This document shows, in pieces, positions 1 through 10,446 of a stretch of 64,000 nt of DNA. Position 1 is the stretch's first letter. The number at the start of each line of letters is the position of its first letter. The notes beneath the pieces are model-generated. The model saw nothing but the letters and a program-made list of their open reading frames with translations, did no database searches and was not told the origin of the DNA. The translations under genes and the position numbers were made by a program. Source of the DNA: Sedimentisphaerales bacterium (GTDB taxonomy: Bacteria; Planctomycetota; Phycisphaerae; Sedimentisphaerales; Anaerobacaceae); assembly GCA_963708075.1 (NCBI GenBank), contig OY970194.1:160001-224000 (forward strand). The letters are read 5' to 3'.

Positions 1-1641
1 GGCTGGCGAGTTCAGGCAGCCATGATGGCCGCCGTCTTTACCGCCATGGGGGTCAACTACCTGGGCTGCGCGTTCTTCGTATTTCGGCGAGAACTCGACC
101 GGTCCGGCGTCTTGCGCTGGCGTGTCGCGGCAATCGGACTCATCGGCTATACCGTCTTGCTTCGCCTAACGTACCTGGGCGCGGTGGATTTGCTGCCCGA
201 GGAGGCGTACTATTGGAACTATGCCCAGCATCCAGCCTTGGGCTATCTGGACCATCCGCCGATGGTCGCGTGGCTGATCAGTATCGGCACGGCCCTGGCC
301 GGCGATACGGAGTTTGGCATCCGGCTCGGCACATTCCTGTGCTGGTTTGTCACGGCGGGGTTCTGCTTTGGACTGGCCCGTAATCAGTTCGGAAAGGCAG
401 TCGGACTGGTCGCCGTGATGCTTGCGGCCTTGTTGCCATTCTTCTTCCTCTTCGGTTTCTTCACAACACCGGACGGTCCACTGACCGCCTGCTGGGCCGG
501 TGCACTCTTCTTCCTGGAGCGGGCCATGCTGGCGCATCGGCGCTGGGCGTGGTGGGGCTTGGGAATCTGCATGGGATTGGGCATGCTCTCCAAGTACACG
601 ATGGCCCTGTTGGGACCTGCGACGCTTGCGTTCCTCCTGTTGGACCGCCCAAGCCGGCGCTGGTTGTTGCGTCCGGAGCCGTATGCCGCGGCGCTGGTGG
701 CGATGCTTCTATTCCTGCCTGTGATTCTTTGGAACATCCAGCACGACTGGGCGTCCTTCGCATTTCAGGGCACGCGACGTCTCCAGGGTCAGCCCGAGTT
801 CGGGCTCCACGTGCTGGCCCTTTCCATGATTGAGCTGATCACACCATTTGGAGTCGTCGGCGCATTCCAGGCCATCCTGTCGCGGGGAGACTGGCGGACC
901 GGAACGGGCGTCCTCTGCCCGGCCACATTCAGACGATGGTTGTTCACCGCTGTTTTCACATTGGCCCCGCTGTCAGTATTCGTCCTGTTCAGCCTGCGCC
1001 ACTCGCCCAAGTTGAACTGGACAGGCCCCGTGTGGCTGGCGGTACTGCCGGTGATCGCCCGACAGATAGTCGTGGCCCCCGACGTTCTACGAGGATGGCT
1101 CAAGATCTTCAATCAGCAGATGTGGGCCCCAACGCTCACGGTGACGGTCGTGCTGTTTGGCGGATTCCTTCATTACACGGCAATTGGATTGCCGGGTGTT
1201 GGCATAGATGGTGACGACATGCATTTGCCTGTGGCCTGGGAAGAGATCGGGCGGGACGTCGAGCAGATGGAGGAACAGATCGAGACGAGCCTGGGCGTCG
1301 AGCCACTGGTGGTGGGGATGGACAAGTACTTCATGGCGAGTGAGCTCGCGTTCTACCGGCGCGACGGCAGGGAGGGCGTGGAGCACACGGCCAGTCGCAG
1401 TCTGTTCGGAGAAAATGGACTCATGTATGCGTTCTGGTTCCCTCCGGAACGGCAGGCCGGCCGGGTCCTTCTGTTGATCAGCTTCGACCGTGAGGATATC
1501 GATGATGGCAGAATTGCCCAGTGGGCCAATCGGACGGGCCCTATTGAAGAGCGCGTACTGCACAAGTACGGGGATCACGTGCGGTACTTCTGCCGGATCG
1601 CGTATGGCTACCAGCCGCGTCCCTCTGCCGTGGGCTCCTGA
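1..1641 (+). CDS. ArnT/PMT-family (GT-C) membrane glycosyltransferase, 5'-truncated by window edge
   Basis: Motifs EEAYYW..GYLDHPPM, TPDGPL, GLGMLSKY; many TM segments; frame is open from base 1 (GWRVQAAMM). Confidence 0.85.
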   Translation, partial: GWRVQAAMMAAVFTAMGVNYLGCAFFVFRRELDRSGVLRWRVAAIGLIGYTVLLRLTYLGAVDLLPEEAYYWNYAQHPALGYLDHPPMVAWLISIGTALAGDTEFGIRLGTFLCWFVTAGFCFGLARNQFGKAVGLVAVMLAALLPFFFLFGFFTTPDGPLTACWAGALFFLERAMLAHRRWAWWGLGICMGLGMLSKYTMALLGPATLAFLLLDRPSRRWLLRPEPYAAALVAMLLFLPVILWNIQHDWASFAFQGTRRLQGQPEFGLHVLALSMIELITPFGVVGAFQAILSRGDWRTGTGVLCPATFRRWLFTAVFTLAPLSVFVLFSLRHSPKLNWTGPVWLAVLPVIARQIVVAPDVLRGWLKIFNQQMWAPTLTVTVVLFGGFLHYTAIGLPGVGIDGDDMHLPVAWEEIGRDVEQMEEQIETSLGVEPLVVGMDKYFMASELAFYRRDGREGVEHTASRSLFGENGLMYAFWFPPERQAGRVLLLISFDREDIDDGRIAQWANRTGPIEERVLHKYGDHVRYFCRIAYGYQPRPSAVGS

Positions 1642-1703
1642 TGCGTCGGATGAGAAGAGGCCCGGCAGTTGGAGCCTGGTGGTGGATTACGGGCTGTTGG
1701 CAC

Positions 1704-1733
1704 TTGACATGGCGGTCTCCGATCGTTTAAGAT
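1704..1733 (+). promoter_or_regulatory. sigma70-type promoter
   Basis: TTGACA (1704-1709), 18 nt, TAAGAT (1728-1733). Confidence 0.5.
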
Positions 1734-1741
1734 CCGAGTAT

Positions 1742-1841
1742 ATGGTTATTGTCCTGTAACAGAAGCCGCAACCGTCGAGCGAAGCCGTAAGGCACATGGC
1801 TCTCACCATTGCCATGTGTCTCGCTATCGGTTTGGCTTCTG
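1742..1841 (+). promoter_or_regulatory. 5-codon uORF (MVIVL) followed by a long stem-loop; candidate attenuator leader
   Basis: ATG 1742 to TAA 1759; nested pairings cagaagcc/ggcttctg, aaccg/cggtt, agcga/tcgct, cacatggc/gccatgtg. Confidence 0.5.
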
Positions 1842-1916
1842 AATTCCCCCACGTGTTTCAATGAGCTTGTTACCCGAAATCCAACGTGTATTCGAGGAAC
1901 ACAGGAGATACAGACA

Positions 1917-2690
1917 ATGGACCAACACGAACAGCAGGAGTTCTTCTATGAGATTTTCGATGCCTCTCTGCCCCGGCTCGGTCCCGGAGACGAGGCTTCG
2001 ACGAAAAGAGCACTGGATACGCTGCTTTCCGCGGGACTCTTACGCGAGAAGGCCCCGTGGCGAATCCTGGACGTCGGCTGTGGAAACGGCGCCCAGACCA
2101 TTGAGTTGGCGAAACATACACCGGGGATGATCCTGGCGATAGACAACCATCAGCCGTGCCTTGACGAGTTGCAGCGTCGTGCTGAAGCGGCCGGGGTCTG
2201 GAGCAAGATTCGCCTGTCCTTGAGAGACATGCGCACTCTGACGGCGGATGATGGGCCATTCGATCTGGTCTGGTCGGAGGGAGCCCTTTTTGTCATGGGC
2301 TTTCGCGAGGGAGTGGCCGCCTGCCGGTCTCTACTGGCACCGGGTGGCGGGCTGGCCGTCAGCGAGTTGTGTTGGCTGAGGTCCGACCCGCCGGCTGAAT
2401 GCCGGGAGTTCTTTGCCGGCGGATACCCCGCCATGACGGACATAAGTGCCAACCTGGCCGCCATTCGTGGCTGCGGCTGTGACGTCATCGAGCACTTCAC
2501 TCAGCCGGAGTCGGCCTGGTGGGAGCCATACTACCTCCCGCTGCAAGACCGGCTTCACGTGCTCTGTAACAAATACGCCGGGGACAGCGAGAGGTTGTGC
2601 ATGCTCGAGTCCATCCAGAAGGAGATCGATATCTACCGCAAGTACTCCGCTTACTACGGCAACGTGTTCTTCGTGATGCGAGGCCGCTGA
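1917..2690 (+). CDS. Class I SAM-dependent methyltransferase
   Basis: ILDVGCGNG motif I, FDLVWSEG; AGGAGA RBS before ATG 1917. Confidence 0.9.
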   Translation: MDQHEQQEFFYEIFDASLPRLGPGDEASTKRALDTLLSAGLLREKAPWRILDVGCGNGAQTIELAKHTPGMILAIDNHQPCLDELQRRAEAAGVWSKIRLSLRDMRTLTADDGPFDLVWSEGALFVMGFREGVAACRSLLAPGGGLAVSELCWLRSDPPAECREFFAGGYPAMTDISANLAAIRGCGCDVIEHFTQPESAWWEPYYLPLQDRLHVLCNKYAGDSERLCMLESIQKEIDIYRKYSAYYGNVFFVMRGR

Positions 2691-2736
2691 ACTCGAGCGT
2701 GCTGCACTCAGAGACGTGCCGGCTCCAATGAACATG

Positions 2737-2769
2737 AGACCCCGGGGGCAGATGCTCTCGGGGTCTTTT
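2737..2769. terminator. Hairpin between convergent genes, probable terminator
   Basis: agaccccgggggca / tgctctcggggtct stem followed by TTTT. Confidence 0.55.
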
Positions 2770-2781
2770 CCACGTTTTCGC

Positions 2782-4290
2782 TCAGTACCGTTGCAGGAGG
2801 TCGAGCATCTTGCGGTCGAGTTTGTGGCCGAGAAAGGCCTCGTATTGCACGTCGGTCCGGCCGCTGTCCATCACGCCGAGTGAGCCTCGGAAGTTCCACA
2901 AGGCCCAGCCGAGCCCGGCCTTCTGGAAGTTGCTCAGGCAATCCTCCATCCATCGCAGGGTCACGTCATGGGGCGTCTGGTTGTATGCACCCCATTCGCC
3001 GACCATCACGCCCACACCGGCTTCCTTGATCTGGACCCAGGGTGCGACGTAGTTGTCCCACAGCCACTGGCGGTCCATGGCCGCATCGCTCTGAAACGCC
3101 CCGGCCGGATTCGACGGCTCGAACCGCAGGACGTGGTGGGCCTCACCCCAGCGAGGGCTAACCGGCAGCGAGAACGAGCGGCCGTCCGCCAATTCAAAGC
3201 CAATCTCTGTGATCGTCAGCCAGTCTCCCACCGTGTTGTCCAGTCGGATCTCCCGCCGGCACGTGGGGGCGGGAATGGTGAAGTCCTGGTCGTAGATGTT
3301 CTGGTACACGTTCCATTCGGGCACGTACACGACTTGCTTCCAGGGCCCCTCGCCCGGCCCGGGCTTGAACTCCTGATACCAGGCGGTTCCGCCACGGCCG
3401 CGATCCACGGAGACCTCCAGCCTCGCGGAGTGTGACACGGTCCCCACGCGGACATGGAACGTGAACGGTTCCGGGATGCTCGCTTCGATGATCACCGGCG
3501 ACCGCAGGTCCGGCTTGGTCGGCCCATACAGGTAGCCGGCACATCCCAAGGGCTGCGGCCACATGGGCTCAGCCCACTGGTCCGCCCCCGTGACCCAGCC
3601 GGCCTTGTAGTGAGTCAGGGTGAAGGGCTGATACCCCCGAGTGGCTTGGGCCACGCCCAGCGGGATCAGGTTCCAGCTTGGCGTCACGCCGTAGTTGAGC
3701 CCGTCGGCGATGATCAGGCGGTTGGGGTCCTCCGCGCGGATAGCCTCGACCAGCAGGCCGACCACGTGGGCATGGACGTTGGGGTCTATGTCCGACGGCT
3801 CATTGAGCAGGTTGAAACTGAGCCGGCTGTTGGGAATGCCCTTGTAACGCCTGGCAAAGAGGGCCCAGTGACTGGCGCAGGCTTTCTGCGTGTCGGGATC
3901 GGTCCACAGGCTCGTGGGCTCGGGCGGGCTGGCCACCGTGTATCCCGGCGCCCGGTGGAAATTGAGACAGACGTGCACGCCGTACTGTTGTCCGTACTCC
4001 ACGGCCTGGTCCACCCAATGCAGGGCCGTTTCATCGAATCGGGCCCAGTCCCCGTTGCGGATCCAAAAGCGGTAATCCATGGGCAGCCGAACGAAGTTGA
4101 ACCCCAACTCCGAGATGAGCTTAAAATCCTCCTCTTTGAAAGGCGGCGTCGAGCTGCCCTTGTAGAACATCTCCAGCAGATTGAACCCCCGCCATCGCGG
4201 CAGCTCTCTCGCCGTAGGCTCAGCTTGCGCCAAGGCCACAGCCTGAATCATCCCGCAGATCACTACCGCCATCCATATCCGTTTCATCAT
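2782..4290 (-). CDS. Secreted glycoside hydrolase family 5 (cellulase family)
   Basis: Signal peptide MMKRIW..AVALA; WRGFNL, GFNFVRLP, NFHRAPG, LNEP acid/base, VGEWG nucleophile, WALWN. Confidence 0.9.
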   Translation of the reverse strand: MMKRIWMAVVICGMIQAVALAQAEPTARELPRWRGFNLLEMFYKGSSTPPFKEEDFKLISELGFNFVRLPMDYRFWIRNGDWARFDETALHWVDQAVEYGQQYGVHVCLNFHRAPGYTVASPPEPTSLWTDPDTQKACASHWALFARRYKGIPNSRLSFNLLNEPSDIDPNVHAHVVGLLVEAIRAEDPNRLIIADGLNYGVTPSWNLIPLGVAQATRGYQPFTLTHYKAGWVTGADQWAEPMWPQPLGCAGYLYGPTKPDLRSPVIIEASIPEPFTFHVRVGTVSHSARLEVSVDRGRGGTAWYQEFKPGPGEGPWKQVVYVPEWNVYQNIYDQDFTIPAPTCRREIRLDNTVGDWLTITEIGFELADGRSFSLPVSPRWGEAHHVLRFEPSNPAGAFQSDAAMDRQWLWDNYVAPWVQIKEAGVGVMVGEWGAYNQTPHDVTLRWMEDCLSNFQKAGLGWALWNFRGSLGVMDSGRTDVQYEAFLGHKLDRKMLDLLQRY

Positions 4291-4552
4291 CTTCTCACCC
4301 CGGCATAACACATCGCAAGCACTCTCTTGTGATCCCTGGGCACCTGTCATTCATATGATAGCACATAGACAGTCACGACTCAATGAGGCTCGGATGATAG
4401 AAGACACATCCGCTTCGGGATTTCCATTTCGCGGGGCGGCGGATTTCGGGTACACTGATAGTTTGTCATGGTTCCGGGCAAATCAGGAGCAGTAGCCGGC
4501 GTGGCATCGGGCAGGTCCCGGCAACGTCGGCGGCCAGAGGAGATCGGATGGG

Positions 4553-5098
4553 ATGATTGTGTTGCGACCGCCATTGAGCGAAGCCGACGTGCGCCGGTTG
4601 AAAGCGGGGCAGGAAGTGGCTGTCAGCGGGACCCTCTACACGGCCCGGGACATGGCTCACAAGCGGCTGTGCGAGGCTTTGGATCGTGGCGAGGAGCTTC
4701 CCATCCCCCTGGAAGGAGCGGTCATCTACTTCGTGGGTCCGACGCCGGCCCGCCCGGGAGCCGTTATTGGGGCCGCCGGACCGACGACCTCCGCCCGCAT
4801 GGACCCGTTCAGCCCGAAGCTGATCGCCCACGGGCTGCGGGGCATGATCGGCAAGGGGTACCGTAGCGAGGAGGTTCGCAAGGCATTGCAGCAGTATGGC
4901 GCGGTACACTTGGCGACGCTTGGCGGGGCGGGGGCCCTGTTGAGCCGGCACATCACCCGCGCTGAGGTCGTCGCGTATGAGGATCTGGGCACGGAGGCCA
5001 TCCGCCGGCTGGAGGTGGTTGATTTCCCGGCCGTTGTGGCGTATGATGCAGCCGGGAAGAGCGTGTACGACGTGAACAAGGGACTATCTGGAGCATGA
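4553..5098 (+). CDS. Fe-S hydro-lyase (class I fumarate hydratase/tartrate dehydratase) beta subunit
   Basis: YTARDMAH, GPTTSARM, MIGKG, GGAGALL, YEDLGTEAI motifs. Confidence 0.9.
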   Translation: MIVLRPPLSEADVRRLKAGQEVAVSGTLYTARDMAHKRLCEALDRGEELPIPLEGAVIYFVGPTPARPGAVIGAAGPTTSARMDPFSPKLIAHGLRGMIGKGYRSEEVRKALQQYGAVHLATLGGAGALLSRHITRAEVVAYEDLGTEAIRRLEVVDFPAVVAYDAAGKSVYDVNKGLSGA

Positions 5099-5099
5099 G

Positions 5100-6170
5100 A
5101 TGCAGGTAGCACTGTTGGGACTGACGCAGTCGGGCAAGAGCACGATTTTCACCGCGATCAGCGGTAAGCAGATACCGCCGGGCGGCGCGATGGGCATTGA
5201 GGAGGCCATCGTGTCGGTGCCCGATGAGCGGCTGGACTGGCTGACCAGGCTCTACAAGCCCAAGAAGACGGTACACGGGACCATCGACGCACTGGATGTG
5301 CCCGGCTTCGATTTCACGAGCGATCACGGGCGAGCCGCGGCCCGGCGGCTGATTGGTCAGATACGAACGGTGGACATGCTTGTCTTCATCGTCCGGGCAT
5401 TCGAGAACCCGGCGGTGCCGGCGTATCGCAACAGCGTGGACCCTAAGAGGGACTTGGCCGAGTTGCGGACGGAAGTGCTGCTGGCGGACCTGGAACTGGT
5501 GACCACGCGGATCGAGAAGCTCGAAAAGCAAGTCACCAAGCCCACCAAGACGCAGGCGCACGATAAAGTCGAGCTTGCCCTGCAGAAGAAGTTGCAGGAG
5601 GCGATCGAGTCGGAAAAGCCGATCAGCTCCGTGGTTGAGACGGAGGAAGAGCGGGCCATGATCAAGTCGCTCGGTTTCTTGACGCTCAAGCCAATTGCCG
5701 TGGTGATAAACGTCGGCGAGGATGAGCTCGACCGCAAAGTCGATCTCGGCGGCACGATCGATGATTCCGTGCCAGTCGTGACGTTGTCGGCCAAGATCGA
5801 GCTCGAGCTGGCCCAGTTGGACGAGGAAAGCCGCAAGGCGTTCATGTCGGATCTTGGAATCCAGGAGTCGGCCGCCGGCAAGTTCGTCAGGAGCTGCTAC
5901 GCCGCCACGGGCTTGATCAGCTTCCTGACGGTCGGCGAGGACGAGGTTCGAGCCTGGCCGATTAAAAAGGGCACAATCGCAGTCGACGCCGCGGGCAAGG
6001 TGCACAGTGACATCAGGCGGGGCTTCATCCGTGCCGAGACCATGGCCTATGACGACCTTAAGGCGCTGGGCGACGAGAAAGCGGTCAAGGCAGCGGGCAA
6101 GATGAGGCTCGAAGGCAAAGAGTATGTCGTGAAGGATGGTGACATCATCAACTTCCGATTCAACGTTTAG
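5100..6170 (+). CDS. ychF: YchF/Obg-like ATPase
   Basis: P-loop GLTQSGKST, VPDERL, EVRAWPI, AAGKVHSDI, GKEYVVKDGDIINFRFNV. Confidence 0.9.
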   Translation: MQVALLGLTQSGKSTIFTAISGKQIPPGGAMGIEEAIVSVPDERLDWLTRLYKPKKTVHGTIDALDVPGFDFTSDHGRAAARRLIGQIRTVDMLVFIVRAFENPAVPAYRNSVDPKRDLAELRTEVLLADLELVTTRIEKLEKQVTKPTKTQAHDKVELALQKKLQEAIESEKPISSVVETEEERAMIKSLGFLTLKPIAVVINVGEDELDRKVDLGGTIDDSVPVVTLSAKIELELAQLDEESRKAFMSDLGIQESAAGKFVRSCYAATGLISFLTVGEDEVRAWPIKKGTIAVDAAGKVHSDIRRGFIRAETMAYDDLKALGDEKAVKAAGKMRLEGKEYVVKDGDIINFRFNV

Positions 6171-6192
6171 AGTCCCTGAATGAACTGCCTTA

Positions 6193-6260
6193 TGTCACCC
6201 CCGCGCAGGCGGGGGTCCACGACCGTGGGTTTCTGGATTCCCGCCTTCGCGGGAATGACA
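6193..6260. repeat. Inverted REP doublet (GTCATTCCCGCGAAGGCGGGAATCC family)
   Basis: tgtcacccccgcgcaggcgggggtcca ... tggattcccgccttcgcgggaatgaca; related single copy at 52884-52909. Confidence 0.8.
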
Positions 6261-6319
6261 TGCGAGGGGTATACACCGGAGGCTCTTAGGCTGGTCCAAA
6301 CATGGGAGTTTCGTAAGAT

Positions 6320-7354
6320 ATGAAAGCTGCTGTGCTGACCGGCATTCGCCGGCTGGAGGTCAGGGAAGTACCCGATCCGAAGATAGAGAAGGATACGGAC
6401 GTACTACTGAAGATCGAGAAAGTGGGGGTGTGCGGCTCGGATGTCCATTACTTCGAGACGGGCCGGATCGGCTCGCAGGTGGTCAAGTTCCCGTTCATCG
6501 TGGGCCATGAGTGTGCCGCAACGGTGGCACGCGTGGGCAAGGCGGTAAAGCAAGTGCGGGTAGGAGACCAGGTGGTCGTCGAGCCCGCCGTCTCGTGTCA
6601 CACCTGCGACCAGTGCCGTCGCGGCCGGGAGAACACCTGCTTCAAGCTGAGATTCCTCGGCACGCCGGGACAGGGTGACGGCTGTCTCAGCCAGTTCATC
6701 GTCATGCCCGAGGAGTGCTGCTTCCCCACCAAGGGCAAGCTTACGATGGAGCAGGGAGCTTTGTGTGAGCCGCTGGCCATTGCTGTCTATGCGGTCAAAC
6801 AGTCGCATCTGCCTGCCGGGGCGGATGTGGCGATCCTCGGCGCCGGGCCTATCGGGTTGAGCTGCATGACTGTTGCACGAGCCCAGGGAGCGCGGAACTG
6901 TTACATGACGGAGAAGATCCCCGAGCGGATGAAAATGGCCCGGGACAACGGGGCGGCATGGGTCGGCAACCCGCTGAAGGAGGATATCGTCAGCGCAATC
7001 CTGAAGCAGCAGCCGCTGGGGGTAGACATCGCCTACGAATGTGCGGGGCAGCAGGAAACGATTGACCAGGCGGTCGATCTGCTCCGGGCGGGCGGCACGC
7101 TCATGCTCATCGGCATTCCCCGCGAAGACCGGATTTCGCTCTCTATCGACAAAATCCGCAGAAAGGAAGTAACGATTGTCAACGTGCGCCGTCAAAATGG
7201 CTGTACGAAGGCGGCCATGGACCTGGTCGCGTCGGGCAAGGTGAACGTTGATTTTATGGTCACGCACCGCTTCGGGCTCGACGGCGTGCAGGATGCCTTC
7301 GAGATGGTCGCCGCTTACCGGGACGGGGCGGTGAAGGCAATGATTGAAATGTGA
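6320..7354 (+). CDS. Zn-dependent medium-chain alcohol/polyol dehydrogenase
   Basis: CGSDVH, GHE, four-Cys structural Zn site, GAGPIG. Confidence 0.9.
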   Translation: MKAAVLTGIRRLEVREVPDPKIEKDTDVLLKIEKVGVCGSDVHYFETGRIGSQVVKFPFIVGHECAATVARVGKAVKQVRVGDQVVVEPAVSCHTCDQCRRGRENTCFKLRFLGTPGQGDGCLSQFIVMPEECCFPTKGKLTMEQGALCEPLAIAVYAVKQSHLPAGADVAILGAGPIGLSCMTVARAQGARNCYMTEKIPERMKMARDNGAAWVGNPLKEDIVSAILKQQPLGVDIAYECAGQQETIDQAVDLLRAGGTLMLIGIPREDRISLSIDKIRRKEVTIVNVRRQNGCTKAAMDLVASGKVNVDFMVTHRFGLDGVQDAFEMVAAYRDGAVKAMIEM

Positions 7355-7358
7355 TCGT

Positions 7359-8614
7359 ATGTCCGACCAGGCACAGATCAAAAAGGCCAGCATCATCAGC
7401 ATCGGCAACGAAGTTCTCAACGGGCAGACTGTCGATACAAACGCTGCACACATTGCACGCAGGCTGACTGCTACGGGTGTTCCGATCGTCAGCGTCTACG
7501 TGGCGCCCGACGAATTGGGAGCCATAAAGCGAGTCCTCAACCTGGCGACAGGCGAGGCCGACGTCGTGGTGATTTCCGGAGGGCTCGGGCCGACCGATGA
7601 TGACTTGACCCGCCAGGCGATAGCCGATTTCCTGGGCGTGGATCTGGTGCTGCGCGAAGAGCTTCTCGCAAAGATTCAGCAGTTTTTCGACAAGCGGGGC
7701 GTGGCGATGCCGGCAAGGAATGCGATTCAGGCGCACATTCCAGCCGGTGCGAAGCCTATAGACAACGCGACAGGCACCGCTCCCGGCGTGGAGGCGGAAA
7801 AGGGCGGCGCGGTCTTGTTTTCCTTGCCCGGCGTCCCCTCGGAGATGGAACAGATGCTGGAGGCCTCCGTCCTGCCCCGGGTGCGCGAGATCGCCAAGTC
7901 ACAGGTGATTGTCACAAAACGGCTGAAGTGCTTCGGGGCGGGGGAATCCACCATCGCCGAGATGATCGGTGATGCCATGCAGCGGGGCGCAACCCCCTGG
8001 TCAACTGCACGGTCCATGCCGGCGTGATTACCCTGGAGGTGGTGGCGACATCGCTGGATCGGAGCAAGGCCGAGGAAATGGCGGCGGAGGAGGAAGCCTC
8101 CCTTCGCCGGGTCCTGGGCAAGCTGGCGTATGGAGCGGAGGACCAGACCCTGGCGGAAGTTGTCGGCCGGAAACTGGTGCAGGCGGGCAAGACACTGGCC
8201 GTAGCCGAGTCCTGTACCGGGGGACTATTGGCAAAACTCATTACGGATGTTCCTGGTTCCAGCCGATATTTTCTCTGTGGCTGGGTTACGTACAGCAACG
8301 AAAGCAAAAGCCGGCAGTTAGGAGTGCTTCCGGCACTGATCGAAACGCATGGAGCCGTCAGTGAGCAGGTAGCTGTGGCGATGGCCCAAGGCGCACGATA
8401 TAACGCAGGAGCGGATTTTGCCGTCGGGATTACCGGGATTGCCGGACCTGAAGGAGGCACCGAACACAAGCCGGTCGGCCTTGTATATATTGCTGTGAGC
8501 AGCAGGGACAGTACGGACATATCACGGTACGTGTTTCCCCACGACAGAAGTTCCGTCCGGCTGCGAGCGGCACAAACGGCATTGAACCTGCTTCGCCTGA
8601 AATTGGAGATTTGA
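7359..8614 (+). CDS. cinA: CinA (MocF domain + NMN deamidase PncC), split by one frameshift near 7985
   Basis: IGNEVLNG..DTN, SGGLGPTDDD, GTAPG, AESCTGG, GITGIAGP; adding one G to the GGGG run 7984-7987 joins the two ORFs (RGRNPLVNCTVHAGVIT). Confidence 0.9.
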
Positions 8615-8639
8615 CTTGTCCTGTCCAACGTGCTATAAT
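8611..8639 (+). promoter_or_regulatory. sigma70 promoter of the pilus cluster
   Basis: TTGACT, 17 nt, TATAAT with extended -10 TG. Confidence 0.75.
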
Positions 8640-8680
8640 AAGTACTCAGGGACCGGTGGAATCAGCCAGGTGAGGTTTGT

Positions 8681-10420
8681 ATGACCAAGCAGCGCAGGCA
8701 CTTAGGGGAAATCCTATTTAAGGCCGGGCTGGTAGAAAAGCAAGCTCTGATCAATGCCATCAAGACCGCCAAGTCGAGCAACAAGCGGCTCGGGCAGGTT
8801 TTGATTGAATTGGGCCTGATCAACGAGGATACGCTCACTAAGGCGCTCGCCAAGCAGTTTGGGCTGCAATACGTCGATCTGGACCAGGTCATTATCCCCC
8901 CTGACGCGACAAAAATCGTACCGGAAGACCTGATCAAGCGACATAACATCCTGCCGCTGAGCTCGGGTAACGGAAAGCTTCGACTCGCCATCTGCGATCC
9001 CATGGACATCGAGATGATGGACTCGATTCGGCTTCGCCTGAACGCGGAACTGGAGTGCTGCCTGGCGAATCCAACGAAGATTCGGTCCTATATCGAGAGT
9101 ATGGTGAAAGAAGATAAGGGCGGGGAGAAAGATGACAGACTCAAGCACAGCATCGATGCTACAGCGGCGGAACTGGCCGAGGTGGGCAGTGAACTGGCAG
9201 CCGAGGCGCTGCGGATGCAGGCGGGGGACAACGGCGATGAGGGGCCCATCATTCGCCTCGTAAACCTGGTCATCGATACCGCCTACCACATGCGGGCCAG
9301 CGATATTCACGTCGAGCCCATGGCGGACCGGGTCCGCATCCGGTACCGCGTCGATGGCGTCTGCCTGGAGAAGGACAATATCCCCAAGAACATGCAGGCA
9401 CCCTTGATCGCGCGTCTGAAGATTCTGTCCGGAATGGACATTGCGGAAAAGCGGCTGCCGCAGGACGGTCGTATCAAGCGGAACATCGCCGGCACGGATA
9501 TTGACTTCCGTGTCTCCTCCCTGCCGGGGGTCCACGGGCCCAGTGTCGTGCTGCGTATCTTGCGGCCGGATGCCGTCAATATCGGTATTGAGTCGCTGGG
9601 ATTCGAGCAGGACAACTATGAGCAGTTCCAGAAGATCATCAAAAGACCTAACGGGATCTTCCTGGTGACGGGACCTACCGGTAGCGGCAAGACGACGACG
9701 CTTTATGCCGCCCTGCAGGAATTGAATAAGCCCGATAAGAAGATTATCACAGCGGAGGACCCCGTCGAGTACAACTTTGCCGGCATGAACCAGTGCCAGG
9801 TAAAGGAGGATATCGGCCTGACATTCGACAAGATCCTGCGCTCCATGCTGCGTCAGGCGCCCAATATCATCCTCGTCGGCGAAATCCGCGACAACGCCGT
9901 TGCGAATATCGCCATCCAGGCGGCCTTGACAGGACACCTGGTCTTCAGCACATTGCACACGAACGATGCCTGCGGCGCCATTACCCGTCTGATCGATATG
10001 GGCGTCAAGCCCTTCCTCGTGGCCAGCTCGATCCAAGCCATTATGGCGCAACGACTTATACGCGTCATCTGCAAGAAATGCAAGGTCGTGGACGAGAATC
10101 CAGACCCCCACCACCTCCGGCTGCTTGAGATAGATCCGGCAGAGCTGAAGACCCGACCTGTGTATAAAGGGGCGGGCTGCAGTGTCTGCCACGGCACAGG
10201 ATACAAGGGCCGACTCGGCATCTTTGAAATGATCGAGATGAACAGCGAGATTCGTGAGCTTGCGTTCAAGAGGGCTACGACCAGCGAGCTACGGCGTGCG
10301 GCAAAGGCCACAGGCATGCGCACGCTCATGGAAGACGGCAAACTCAAGATCTTCAAGGGGCTTACCACCCCCGCAGAAGTATCGGAAACGGCACAGGCAG
10401 AGAGCATAGCAACTGAATAG
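8681..10420 (+). CDS. pilB: PilB/GspE assembly ATPase (copy 1)
   Basis: N-terminal LGEIL/RLGQVL repeats, [36 protein letters not shown], CxxC...CxxC. Confidence 0.9.
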   Translation: MTKQRRHLGEILFKAGLVEKQALINAIKTAKSSNKRLGQVLIELGLINEDTLTKALAKQFGLQYVDLDQVIIPPDATKIVPEDLIKRHNILPLSSGNGKLRLAICDPMDIEMMDSIRLRLNAELECCLANPTKIRSYIESMVKEDKGGEKDDRLKHSIDATAAELAEVGSELAAEALRMQAGDNGDEGPIIRLVNLVIDTAYHMRASDIHVEPMADRVRIRYRVDGVCLEKDNIPKNMQAPLIARLKILSGMDIAEKRLPQDGRIKRNIAGTDIDFRVSSLPGVHGPSVVLRILRPDAVNIGIESLGFEQDNYEQFQKIIKRPNGIFLVTGPTGSGKTTTLYAALQELNKPDKKIITAEDPVEYNFAGMNQCQVKEDIGLTFDKILRSMLRQAPNIILVGEIRDNAVANIAIQAALTGHLVFSTLHTNDACGAITRLIDMGVKPFLVASSIQAIMAQRLIRVICKKCKVVDENPDPHHLRLLEIDPAELKTRPVYKGAGCSVCHGTGYKGRLGIFEMIEMNSEIRELAFKRATTSELRRAAKATGMRTLMEDGKLKIFKGLTTPAEVSETAQAESIATE

Positions 10421-10446
10421 CAACGAGACTGCATGAGGATCACCAG

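Noticed and set aside
1760..1841. SAM riboswitch, tRNA or attC site
   Set aside because: Lacks SAM-I/II consensus motifs, a cloverleaf and attC core sites
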